Source: Marsupella aquatica (Eukaryota > Plantae > Marchantiophyta). From it: a DNA stretch of 64,000 nucleotides. Shown here piece after piece: positions 35,450 through 48,061 of the stretch. The position numbers and the translations under genes were made by a program. The notes beneath the pieces are model-generated. The model was given only the letters and a program-made list of their open reading frames with translations. It did no database searches and had not been told where the DNA came from. The stretch is from NCBI GenBank assembly GCA_973895155.1, contig OZ316893.1, forward strand, positions 20,752,855 through 20,816,854. Reading direction: 5' to 3'. Each line of letters starts with the position of its first letter. Within the stretch, counting starts at the first letter, position 1.

Positions 35450-36768
35450 ATGATTTGGTTTTGATGAGTAATATTCTGCAAAGGCAATACCTGGAGCATA
35501 AAAAATGAATTCGCGACGTGAATGTCCGTTGATCTGATTTCTCACGAGCATCGGGTTCAATTAGAATAACTGATGGGCAATTGTAGGGTAAATCCCGGCT
35601 TTTGTACAACTGACCGAAAGGTAAGAAGTCAACATACAGTAATTGAATTGTTACTTGATAAAGGCTGGCCTTGAAATCCTCGTTCTGAAACTTAGCGCGG
35701 ACCAGTTTAATTTGAATGATGATATTGTGGAACCAAATGTGCAGACGTTGGTGGGTACTGTTGCACCATATTTTTGAGTCAGGCATTGCATTATGTGAGG
35801 ATTATTGGATTCATTACCAGAAAATGCATGCCTCCACTGACCCAGAAAATCCAATCTCAACACAGACCACTCATGTGCAGCTCTCGAACGACCGTCCAAT
35901 GAAGCACGTTTTTGCTGTAGAAAGTCTTTATTGTATAGACATTCTCCTTCTCGGCAGAAATAGATGACAAAAATATGGCTCGTAGTCTTCCATAGACATA
36001 ACATGCTACCTACTCACTCCAAGGTGGGTGAGTAGTGAAAAGAATTGAGTAAGAATGGCGTTGCCCAGTCCATCTCAGGTCAACATAACTGTGAAACGTA
36101 ACTGTGAAACGTAACTGTGAAACTGCCCACTCTGTTTGGCTGCCACCCATGCCAGAATCACACCCCGGATGACCTGAGAAACATTCACAGGTCGAGCGTG
36201 AAGAAGTCGATCGATGAGTAGCGAAGGGAGATATAATCGGGTCAGAGCGTAGATAGTTGAAGATTCTCTTCAAAGCATTGATGAGACAGCTACCAGAGAC
36301 GCGCCGAGGATGACCAAGTACCTCCATCCGAGAGGGGACACGGAATTGCCCTGCATGACCGCGACAAGGGACAACTCGTTAATGCTGTCAAATATCGTTC
36401 CACTCTCAACCTTAGCTTCGACTTATGACTGGAATAATTATGCTCTCGATATTGCTAATAAAACAAGCTGGAAGAATCCTCCCGAAATTTCTATTTTTAC
36501 TCCCAGACGCACACTCTAATTTACACAATTCTTTCAACTTCGACAAGTTCTTCCGACATTTCTAATTGACACAAGCTTTCAATACAAGTTGCAATGTCAG
36601 GACATCCAAAAGCCCTCAATCTAGACGTTAGCATAACTCTGATTCATGGATCCAGTCCGTGACTCTTCCATGCTCAGATTGGACATGTGACGATGTCCTA
36701 GAAAGTGTATGAACGACCGCCATTGTGTAACTCTCAGTGCCATAGAACGACTTCGTGGAGCCCGGAAG
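35450..36768 (-). pseudogene. Frameshifted GEX2-like middle region, the decayed 3' part of the AGP-like gene
   Basis: Fragments in changing frames: LHNGGRSYTF*, RNF/GGFF, VEAKVESGTIF, RYLVILG, LINALKRIFNYL, then NEDF after an acceptor. The order matches recalled GEX2 motifs (LLRDGNLLRYTP, RYGGFSG, VQALSGSV, VLILEG, INPALQSIQYLG, NENF). Confidence 0.5.
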
Positions 36769-37535
36769 CTGTGGCAACAAAACTGCACCATCGAGGAATT
36801 CAAGTTTAGGAAGGAGGTACTTACAGCAGACGGTGGTGAGGTTGGAGGACTCGTTGGTGGGAAGAAATAGGGAGGTGCTGGTGGTGATGGAGGGGCGGGA
36901 GGACTCTGCAAAGGAGCTGGAGCAGGGACTGGAGAGTGCTTGGGGGAGTGCTTGGGGGAATGCTTGGGGGCATGCTTGGGAGCGCGATGTGGGGCCTTGT
37001 GTGGAGATGGAGCAGGAGCTTTGTGGGCTGGCGTTGGAGTAGTGGCTGTGACAGGACCCGGTGTGGGCACAGGAATGATCACAGTAGCAGGAGCTGGAGT
37101 GGGGACGGTAGGAATGACCGGAGCTGGAGCGGGGACCGTGGAATTGACCTTAGCTGGAGCTGGAGCGGGGACTGTGGAATTGACCTTAGCTGGAGCTGGA
37201 GCTGGAGTTGTGGCATTCACAGGAGCTGGAACCGGGGAGGGAAGGGGAATTGTGACTGGAGATGGTGCTGGAGCAGACAAGACTGGAACGGGAGCAACGA
37301 TTGGGGCAACGGCCGGAGCGGCCAAAGGAGAAAGAATGGCAGGCGCAGGAGGAGTGGCAACGAGGGGACTCGCCACCGGCACAAGAATGGTAGCTGGAGC
37401 TGCTACGATGGGACTAACCACTGGAACTGCAGCAAGGGAGGCGACTGCCTGTACTTGACGCGGTAGTATCACGCCAAGCAGTAGAATGGTCGCCACCAGA
37501 ACGCTTCTCGAACTGCCACTTCTTAAGAGGCCCAT
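36621..37535 (-). CDS. Secreted arabinogalactan-protein-like Pro/Ala-rich protein with PKHS/PKHA repeats
   Basis: ATG at 37535, signal peptide MGLLRSGSSRSVLVATILLLGVILPRQVQA, AP/PA/TP dipeptide repeats, APKHAPKHSPKHSPKHSP. Donor GTAAGT after 36825; unspliced, the frame ends at 36621. A 5' UTR acceptor lies just upstream of the ATG. Confidence 0.8.
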   Translation of the reverse strand: MGLLRSGSSRSVLVATILLLGVILPRQVQAVASLAAVPVVSPIVAAPATILVPVASPLVATPPAPAILSPLAAPAVAPIVAPVPVLSAPAPSPVTIPLPSPVPAPVNATTPAPAPAKVNSTVPAPAPAKVNSTVPAPAPVIPTVPTPAPATVIIPVPTPGPVTATTPTPAHKAPAPSPHKAPHRAPKHAPKHSPKHSPKHSPVPAPAPLQSPPAPPSPPAPPYFFPPTSPPTSPPSAVSTSFLNLNSSMVQFCCHSFRAPRSRSMALRVTQWRSFIHFLGHRHMSNLSMEESRTGSMNQSYANV

Positions 37536-40500
37536 TGCACCTGACCCCTGTAGACAAAGAGCATGAGAACAATCCATATTTCATATCAAAATGTCTTCAT
37601 TAACATCACCCATAATTGGCAATACAAGTCCAACCATGTCGAGGTTTGCAGAAGTGCTGATCCGCAAGCGCTCGTTCTGTTTTTATTTTGTGAGTTCAAA
37701 TTCAGTTTCGGGTGCGACCCAGAAGATGGCAGCTGGGAAGAAATAGCAGGTGGTCTCGACACAAATGGGGTCTCGACACAAATGAACATTGTAGCTAATG
37801 TTTCAACCTGTATTGGGACTTGGAGAAGGTGGATCGAGGAACACGATCGCAGAATAAACATTCCTTGTCCTTGATCGGACTGTCTATCTACCCGAGCAAA
37901 ATGTTGTACGAAGCGCCAAGAAAACGTCTTCTCTACCCCCTTCCAATCTCGTATTTGCGTGTGCAACAAGATCTTGACCTTCCCACATTAAGGACTGAAC
38001 CACCTAGACGTCGACGGAATTGGTTTCTATTCCAGACTGAAGAAGTTCGGTACTAGCTTATGCTGACTCTCCTTTCCGAGCACTTACCAAAGTTCCGAGC
38101 ATCAAAGTAGGAAACTTAGGAACCTATCAAGAACCGTACGTCACGAAAACAAACGGCATTATTTTCCAAACGAATGTACGTACCTCTAAGATCAAGATCG
38201 GCTCATGATGGAGTCGAGGATCAAAAGGAGTTGTCGCTTGATTAACAAGACTCTAAAGGGTTTTCAGCTCCTAACAAGTTCGCCATGCTCAAACAACGAC
38301 TCAAAGCGAATTTCCTTACCTTCATATCTAAGTGCTTTCCTGACCCTTAACTTCAATGCGGAGAGAGGAGAGGAGAGGCGAGCGTTGTCTGCTTTGAGAC
38401 ACTCGAGTCTGTGTTTGGATGTTTGAGTAGTAACAAATCGCTTGCCCGCAATGAGTGCCACTACTTCCAAGCCAACGAGCTAGCACTATGCGGGTAATAG
38501 CATGGGGACAGGCAATGCGGGCCAGTTAAACAATCTCCCCCGCCGTAATCCTCGATTGAAGAAACCTTATTCTTGAGGCTTCAATGAGGCTTCTTCTCGG
38601 TGCTCAATTTCGCACAACGTACACGTAGTGTCTCGCGTAGGGAAGGTGCCAATCCAATCAAGGATCCGACCACCACCGGATTCGAGTACGAAAGATCTTC
38701 TACAACGCTTCGAGGTTCCCCCGGAGAATCTAGAGACAGTCTGCCACTCGGCTGGCAGTATTGATATGAGTGGATACGACTCTAAAGACTGGGCCAGGAA
38801 AGTTGATGGGGTGATGATATAGCTCTGCGATGCATACTATACTTCGCATTGCCCACAGTGGTCACAATGGAACTTGTGAAAATGGTGGTCGAAATGTCAC
38901 CTCAGTGTATCGGCTTGGCGTTATTATCTCTCGCTGTGAAAATCTTTACACCCCGGCCAGTCTCGAATCCACTTCCTCAAGAACACGCTTCACAGCCACT
39001 TTCCGAAGGGATAACCGCTCGTACCCTGCAGAAGGAGCATCCAAACGAAAGCTTAGGATGGAGGAAGAACTACAATTAATCGGTCACATCAGCTCACGAT
39101 ATCTGCCAAAAGCTTGATGACGAATGCGAATCACTCAATCAGTCACTCAATCGGCCCCAGTCTAGCAGAAGGAAACTTGTGCTGCAATGCAATATGAATG
39201 ATGCATTTCAATCCCAAGCGATTGAATGAACTCCAATGCAATGCAGTACAGTGCAGTGCAATGCGACCCATCAATCAAGGTGGAGCACTGCGACTCACTG
39301 GCTTACTCACAACGTAACTGCTGTGCATCGATCGGGTCTGTCCGTCGGTCGGTCTGTTCCCTTCCCAGCCTGAAGTCAATCGTGCACTGAGTTGCGTTGC
39401 GTTACGTTTTTCGTTTCAAGACTCACAGGAATTAAACGGAACGTGCGTTTCTTGGCTCAGCTGGAGCCGGCTGTAATGCATCAACGGGAAATGAGTAGGA
39501 AAGTGGAGTGAATAGAGTAGTGGTCCGCCGAGTGAGCTGAGAAGAACTGAATTGAGCTAAGCTGAGCCAAGGAGAGCCGAGCCGAGCCGAGACGAGCTAG
39601 ACGCAGCTAGCTACAAAAATGGTGAGGGAATGACAGACCCACCCGTCCAACTGGCCTCCCAGACAGCCACTGAGTGAGCCAGCCGTAGTACCGTAGTGGT
39701 CGGTCAGTAGTAGTACGTTCACTTTCTTTAAAACAGCTCTGAGAGCAGGCAGTATCTGGCAATGGCACCAACGGCCACCTCATTAATTATTGAGAGCTCC
39801 AGGAACGCTCGACCTGTGTGAAAGAACGCCTCTGCTTCTTCGTTAGAGTATATCATTTTCCCTCGCGTTCTCATTCTCAACAGAAGTTTTCTGGAAAAGG
39901 GAACGGTAAGTTTCGGTTCATAATTATATTATATTATATTATATATACAGGGGAGCGAGAAAACTTCATTCACACAAATGTCACAATGTGAAAGATTTTC
40001 CCTGCTTCCACTCCCAGACAAACATGGTCATGAAGATGCAGTGAGAAAATAATAATTGAGCCAGAAGTGCCTCGAGCTGGACGTGAACCGAATGAGTGGT
40101 CTTTCTCGCCAGGGAGTACTGCTGATGAATCCCGAATCCAGTTACTTTGCTGGTTTTTTGCGAGACGGGGAGATCGATTGGATTTCAGTGCCGGGCAGAA
40201 AGACAAGCAGATCGATTGATCATTCCTGTCGACCTACTCTTATATTCTTTACTCTACACATACTGACTACCTGTCCCGTTGAGAACTGGCATCTCTTGTC
40301 TTTTGCCAAAACCTCTCCAAAGTTTATGCAGAACTGTGTGCACATGGAGTGCTGGAAAACTTTTGAAGCACAATTATTCGTTGATCTGTTACTCGTTTCG
40401 GTTGCTACTTTATCCCCGAAATGTTTTGTTCCTTCAATTTCTAGTGCGTCAGATTATTGAATGGTTGCCGTCAATCACTCAATCAGTCTCTGCCTCAACT

Positions 40501-41559
40501 CTGGTTGCGAGATTGATGGCCAGCTGTTGCCCTGGAAGCGGGCAATAAATCTTATCAGCAAGCTAGAGAGCAAGCTTGGGGAAAACTGGGTGATGAGCTA
40601 AAGTAGGGCACGAAAACATAGTATTCGTCAGGGCTGCACAGAGCAGAGAAAAAGCTGCCACGAGGAAAGAGCACAATACAGTACGCGGATGGATGAAAAG
40701 CTGATGAAAAGCTGATGTCACGGACAGAATGATACCGCCACTCCTGGGAGGCAGTTTTTAACTATCACTGTTTCTTGAATTTATAATCAAAATCTAGTGT
40801 AGTCCCCGTGTTCATGTGATTTTACTCTCCAATCATGGTGGTGCGCTGGTAGGTCTCATTTGGTAGACCTTTGCCAGGCGCTTGTTGGAAAATGGAAACG
40901 TACATCAATGAGCAGCCTGAGCAAAGCGATCACGGTTTTCGATGATGAGTGAGCCACAGCTGTGGTCTTGTTCAAGCTCGTATTCTGTGTGCGTCCCAAT
41001 CCAAGTTCACTACTGTTTCGAGGCAATAGATAGAAGTGTCAATTGCACATTGACTTACTGACAGCACTGGTGCAATTTATGGCAATTTTCAAACTCGGGA
41101 TCATAGTTATACGCGTGTCTCCGGCCAAACCAAGGACATTCAGTAGTTAGTATCGAATCTAAGCTTTTACAAAGTACACACCGATCGAAGACAATGGCCG
41201 TCGCGAAAGGTTCAGGTCAGGTGATGGGGAATAAATGCTTTGCCCTCGTACGCTAACAATGGAAGCAGTACAGAATAAATTGCCAAACACGAACTGGTAC
41301 TGTCAAGCTCTCGATCAATCGAGGGTCTGGTACGGCGTATGATTATATAACAGATTTCGTCCTGAGATCGATTTCCATGCCATCCCCCACAGCCTCCTTA
41401 TATCTTTGCTATAAATTCAAGCGAACTTGAGCTCAACCGCCCATTTCCATGATTGCATACAGGTAATTGTCCCGCGCACCTCACCGTTTTAAGATAAACA
41501 AATTCACTGTACAGATTGCACAGTCAAATGGCTTGAAGAGAACAATTACCTACAGTAGA

Positions 41560-42130
41560 GGTCACAGTCATCGTCCACAGAAGGAGAGACGTCTTCTCAG
41601 CAGCATTGGAGGAAACAACTTTTGGCACCAATGGTTCGATCAGGACATTTCATTGCATGAATTGCAGGAGTGGCATCCGGGCACCTTAATTACCAGGCAA
41701 AGAGTACAGATCGAATTGCTGTAGTTCTCCAGAATTTCACTGGAAAACCCCAACAGAACCAACGCTCTGAAGTCGGACCTTGTTCACACGGAAGGCAATT
41801 CGTATACACTAGATGTGGAGTGCAGCACACGATTTACATTAACAGTTCATAGTCGATCGATCTGACTGCTTCCTTGGTCATTGATGGAAAATTGTCCTAG
41901 GGGTGGGTTGATGGCCGAAAAAATCCTATACATGAAACCGACTTGTACCAAATGTGGTACATAGACTAAGTTCTCATCCATGTGGGCCTTTGGTACAAAT
42001 GATGAGAGCCCAATCTCCGGATAGCTTTCTTGCACAGTATCAACGGGACCCACAGAAGGTACGCCTGTAGATTGGCAGGCCCTCTCCACGACACGATCAT
42101 GGAGGAGAGTCAGAAGTGGCGGTGCCACTC
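41560..42130 (-). pseudogene. Possible degraded F-box (F-box/kelch-like) gene
   Basis: Frameshifted TLLHDRVVER / ANLQAYLLWVPLILCKK resembles an F-box motif. Downstream AINPPL and KLFPPMLL resemble NPxT..LPPM motifs. Weak. Confidence 0.28.
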
Positions 42131-45100
42131 CTGTCAGAGGAAATCAAGACGAACATTCGCACGGGGGAAGAAGCGTCTGGGATTTGTTGGAGACTCTGGG
42201 TAGGAACACATCCAGGCGTTCAGCTTAGCCAAACGAGACAACAATCTCACACGTCCTGCAAACGACATCATTATCCAACCCTAGCTCAAGAAGGTGTCAG
42301 GTGGAGCTCTAGTTACTAATAGAGAGTAAACTGAGCAATTAATTGGATTTTGAGACAGCAACGAACTGGCGGCCTCCTGGACGTGGCCTTCATCATTCTC
42401 TGCCTCTGAAATTTGTAGTGCGCCGTCTGTTTTCGTACAAATCCCTTTCCCCTCACTGTCTGGCTTGCTATCTAGTGTCGTCGTGCAGCTCATTGCCCGT
42501 GCGATAGCTAAATGCAAAGAGATCGCCATGAGAACCGCTCGTACTACGAGAGCGACATGGGGTCGCTGACAGCAATACTTCTACCTTGACCGCTTGCTAC
42601 AGTCCTGAGGATCGGCGCATTCCAACGAAGCCTCAGCTCGGTGTGCATGTATGTACATCTTTTAAGGCCGTAGTTTGCATGCGACCCATCAAAATGTACT
42701 CCAAGCTTCTTTGATCAATACGACATTTGGTTTCAGATTACGACGATTCAAAGAAAGCGGATTGTTTAGTCTTCCTCCAGAGTTTGGAAACCTAGCCTCA
42801 GTCTCTGACAGGCAAGCAATTTTCTGTGCTCAAAACGTGCTTTGAAAGTAGATGCTCCAAGTGGGAGCTGGGTTTCGGGTTTATACCTTTCTTGTTCTAT
42901 ATTTCGACCAGATTGGGCCAGAAATCATGAATTATACCTAAACAGAAAAGAGATAAGGGATAAGGGGTGCTAGAATGCATGTGATGCAAGAACGAGTTCT
43001 TTTGAACCACAAAAAGAGAAAATGCTCGGGATATATAGCAACGTTGTTAGCCCATAGATCAACTTCAAACTGGGATGCTCGTCTCACTGCTAATGAACGG
43101 GGTGGACTAAACAACCCACCATGCGTTGCGCACTTTAGATCATCGAGATGGTTGTGGAGTGTTGATCTCAAGGCTATAGCTAAGCTGGTAAACAGAACAC
43201 CTACGAGCTCCATTCGTGGAGTTAGTGGAGTGATGAATTGATGTAACCATTATATCTTATATATTATATATCTATCGATATGCATCCACGTCCGTGCGTG
43301 TGGACTGAAAAGACTAAGGTACCTACCGCAGTCTTGAGTGCTGAGGCCATCCGTACTTCATTTCGAAGGAGAGATAAATTCATTCATTCATTCGGCCTCC
43401 ATAGCTTCAGTTTGTAGAGTTTACGTTCAGCCTGGTCAAGATACTAAAGAAGCCCATTCTCCCATTCAGTTTTCTTTGTAATCCATTGCGATCCGATTGC
43501 AGGTTGAGCTGAGTCCCCTACTCCCTCGGACTGGACTGGACTGGACTGGACTGTAAATCTGGAATGGCATCATGGTGCTCGTGAAATGGGCTTCAGTGAC
43601 GAGTGTCGGAGTGTGCATCAATGGGGAGTTTGAGACGTAAACTACTGTACTGTAATGATGAAGCCGAATGTATTATTCTATCCATCATTGATTCATGTCA
43701 TCGACACTATTCCAGACTCCAGAGTGATATTCTTGATTGCCACACACAGGGCATTGATGTAAGAAAGTAATCTGATTTATCATAGTATGGACAATTAGTG
43801 CACACTATGGGCACTTGACACGTAGTAAAGTACACCTGTGCGCTTACTTTTTGATATGCAATAATTATATTCTGGCCAGGCCTCACGTAGCTGCCTGAGT
43901 GACTTCATGACTTCATGTGGCTACAAAGTTGACCTAGTCTAAGGATATGTGTGCGAACCTGGGTGCCTGGAGACCAGCCTGTTTTCCATTTGAAAGTCCT
44001 GCATGAGTCAATTATTATGTATCACACTGCCAAATAACAAAAAGTGCCAAACTCAGAGTCCCAAGGCACGAGACTGAATATGGAAAAGGAAACAACAACA
44101 AAATGTCAAAATGAGATTGACTTAGAGAGGCACTAGACCCAATAAAGAAAACAAGGGAAAAATCTCATGGAGGGGAAAGAGCCAAAAAGCCCAAGAGTTC
44201 CCAACTATGGCAAAGGAACTAAAGCCCTGCTCAGCACTAAACCAGAAAGTCTGGTAAAGCTTTGAAATATAAATCAAAAGAGGTTCACTAAGAGTAATTT
44301 GTGTACCTGCCCTAAATCCACAGTCCTCTGTAGTGCAACATAATTCCAGTCATTCCCACCTCGAATAATTGTCTTTTCCAAGAATATAAAATGAAATAGG
44401 AACAATGGAAGGCCCTCACAAAAAGGGCAGAGGGAAGGTTTGTTCCCTCAATGGATGCCATGCGTCATGTACAAGCTGGGAGAAAAGAGCCAAGGCCTAA
44501 CCCAAGAAGGGGAGACCCCAGACAGAGCTAATAAACAGTGAGACCAATTAAGTTTGAATTGTGCAAGATCCTGCTGGAAGGAGAGGCCACGTTTTATGAG
44601 CTCCAACATGATAAGTAAAGGGACCCAAAAGTTGGTGTTAACACTCCCTTACCCTGTAATTTATTGCTCCCATAGCTATGAGGCTAGAAGAAAATTAGGA
44701 ACACATGTTGCTGCCCTCCCACTATGAAGGCTGTAACATCCAAGTAGCCACCTCTAAGATGGTGACGCTGTGTCATGAGCACCTCCAATGTATCACAGTT
44801 ATCAAAGTTTTAGCTTGGATTGGTTTCCCTGGTGGGCTTCCTCTGGCTGTAGGATGTTCATTTTCAGTTGTATTAAAGTCTCTGGATTTCAGCAAAGACC
44901 AAACTTATGCCAGGTTTGAGAAACACTCTATCTTTGGAGAAATGAGAGTGAATTGATGGAGTCCACAGAATAATGCCATCGTCAATTTGATTTTTTTGAA
45001 ACATCATTGTTTTGCATGTCTGGACTTCCTTGCAGCATTCTCAAGATGAATATACAATACTGGCAATGGGAGGCCTTGCTAGTTTGCTGAGTGGAGGAGA

Positions 45101-46299
45101 GCTGGACTCCACTCTACAGATTCTACTGTTCTCCTTTGTGATAGGTCTAGTCCGAAGCAGACGGGTTCTTACATCCCTCACTTTGATCCCCTACCCCACA
45201 AGTGAAAGTTTTACTCCACGGAAAAATGTCATACACTTATCAGGAAGTGGACATCAATGAAATTGTGCGCTTCCTGATCAGTGTTCATGTAAACTTATCA
45301 AGGTTTTGCACCTATATAATTGTGCACTCATTGATGTGATAATGTAAACTTATCAGGGTTTTGCAACGTATATAGTGGTTGTTTCGCCTTTTTTGGGTTT
45401 TGCACTAACAAAATGTGCAGACTCCAGGGGCAGAAAAGGGAAGAACTTCTTAAGAGGTTATCCTGAGTTTTCACTTAGAGAGACACTGCTCTAACGACTG
45501 AGCAGATCTGATCGATTACCTGCAAATTTATTCACCTTGCACGTTGATGGTGGACTCCTCAAAAGGTGCCATCCCGTGAAGGTGACTGATGCCACACCTG
45601 TGTACTACAATGTGTACTACATATCGTTCCCAGGGTTTGTACAGCAATCCAAGTACAGAAGGTACCGTTGAGTGTGGGTTTAGGGTTTAGAGTAGCCATA
45701 TCTGGTGACCACAATTTCTGTCCAACGATTACTTCTTGTTCCTTCTTTGACTGGTCAAATCATACTGACATGACCCACAGAGCTAGAATTAATTTGCAAG
45801 CCATTCTTATGTCTGTCACTGAGCATGACAGTCTTGTTTGAAGGTACATTATAGAGACAAGCCGCACGTGGTCCATCTTGTTTGCTGGTGATCAAGCGTG
45901 GATCCAACTCCTTCGCCGGTCAGTAACTTGCTAAGGTATTTGTGTTCGCAAAGCAACCGCCTAAGTAGGTGAAAAGCTACTACAGCCTTGCGAAAAGGAC
46001 TTTGGCGCGCGTTGGCAGGGAATGGAACAGGAGCAGGCTCCGTAACAGATAGGAACCGTATTAAAAGTCCACCACAAAAGCCCTCGCCCCACTACGTTTT
46101 GAGGGCAAAAACGTGAGGTAAGTTGCAGTCTGAACATCACATTGTTGGATGCAAGCCAGTATTTTCTGGTCCAAAGAGAAAGTTGCATTCGTTCCTCGTG
46201 GAGAGGATCATTGCTGGCATCGTCTGTAGAGCGCAAATGATTCTGTTCGACAGCACATAATTTCCTTTCAGTTTGAGAGAGTTCGCTAATACCTTTTTC

Positions 46300-47400
46300 A
46301 GATCAGGCTACCTACATTACATCAACTTTGCTTGCATTTGAGTGCGGGTGAACGACAATTGTGTCACTCGGTAAATCTAACATTGTCACCGGAGGAGTCT
46401 TTCCACTGTGGTGCGATATGACAGTACTTGTAAACTTATCCATCTTCGTGGTGTGTGCTGGAGTTGAAATCATTTCACAACGCTTCAAACCCACGAAAAA
46501 GCTCGACCCTATTATTCACTACACTCCTGGAGTCGAGGTACTGCTTCTTCAGGCAGTAAGATTGGCACTAGTCATTACCCAGAGCCAGATATTAGTAGTA
46601 TAAGTATTCCTCCGAAGTTTGAAGTTCATCAAATTATGCGTGACGCACGGGTAGAAAGATTTTTGCATCCTGATGACTGATTTCCGACCTGGCATTGTCC
46701 AAGCACCTGTGGAATTCTTAATCCCAATGAAATAGTGGGTAAGCCGGGCATCTGCTCCTTTCTTTTACAGAAAGGTGAATTCCACGTTTGGATAGCAGTC
46801 AAGTCTGGGACCATGAATATCTAATCTGTACAAGAGTAGTCTTAAATCTAACTTGCCTAGTCGCAACCATTCTGCATCCGTTCTGTTTATTTCCTTTCTT
46901 GGCACAATCTCCACCGGTCCCATTTCGTCAATTGCTGAGCTGTGAAGACCCAAAACATTATTGCTAACAGCTTTGTGGAGGGATTTTAGGACACAACATG
47001 TGGACATACAAGGAAAGTATACTGAAAAGTAGCCCACTTACTGACAAAGGAAGACTATGATTTAGGTGTAGATGAGCTTGTCCTGCCGTGCAAGAAAGTC
47101 GCTCGACTAGGAGCAGGAGCTACTTTTCTGTTACTGCGGTACGAATCGACAAATGGATTTCGTCTTTTGGACGAATAATTACTCCTTGTGGTTGGGTTCA
47201 CAATATTTGGGCGGGACAGTTGATCCAAAACAAACTTCCTGCGAAAATACCTTACAGCATTGACGAACTGGATATACATTGGCATAGAAGCAACAGACTT
47301 AGCATGAACAAGGCTGGATCTGTCGGCTATACTTTTTGCTCAAACTTTTGGCCGTTGACAGAGCTTGGAGGAGCGTCGAAAAAGATGTAGGAGCTGGAAA
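46300..47400 (-). pseudogene. Highly decayed coding relic, possibly another GEX2-like copy
   Basis: Short fragments RQDKLIYT*, ILILLISGS and LKKQYL occur in GEX2-like order, with a GTAAGT donor near 47040. Many stops. Confidence 0.25.
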
Positions 47401-48061
47401 AGGTTGGTACATCTTGACACAACCGAAATCTATGACCAACATAGAATGATTATCAGTGCTCATATACTCGAACTCAAATGACGACTTGAATCAGAGAATT
47501 CAAGTGAAGCGGATGGAACAATCATCATACAGGAGAGAGGTGCCTAACAAGGGGCGAGGCATCGCATTCCAATTCTACAGAGGGGGCATGTGACTCATAT
47601 GTAAGAAAATACTAACTGAACTAAAAATTGCCTTGTGTCAATAATTAACGAAACGCATTCAAGCAACTCGAAAATTCAACTTAGCCCAACACAACCCGTA
47701 TTTCCCTCCTACAAAAAATAGATGAGTTAGATATTCTACCGTATCCGAATGGATTGTTGATGGGAAAGCAATGTTACCCATAGTTAAAGAGCCAAAGAGC
47801 CAGAAGAGACAGAAAACATTGTAGTCATGAAATGGGGATGCATTCCCAATGCAGTAGATGAAACTTGATCTTCTAGCTGGCCAGTGAACAAAACCATACT
47901 CGATCAAAACCACATATGTGGCATCTCAAGACTTGCAAAACGATCTTTACACTGGCTTTGGAAGAATCAGGTTCTCCACAATGGAATCTGTGAAATAAAG
48001 CGACTGTACCGCAAAAACCGTTGGAATAAGATACAAACACAAGGCTAAACTTCTCTACATT

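Noticed and set aside
36755-37466. Gly/Ala-rich plus-strand ORFs
   Set aside because: Antisense shadows of the AGP-like exon.
43298-43320. TGGACTGAA resembling the miR319 5' end
   Set aside because: The match ends after 9 nt and no complementary star arm was seen.
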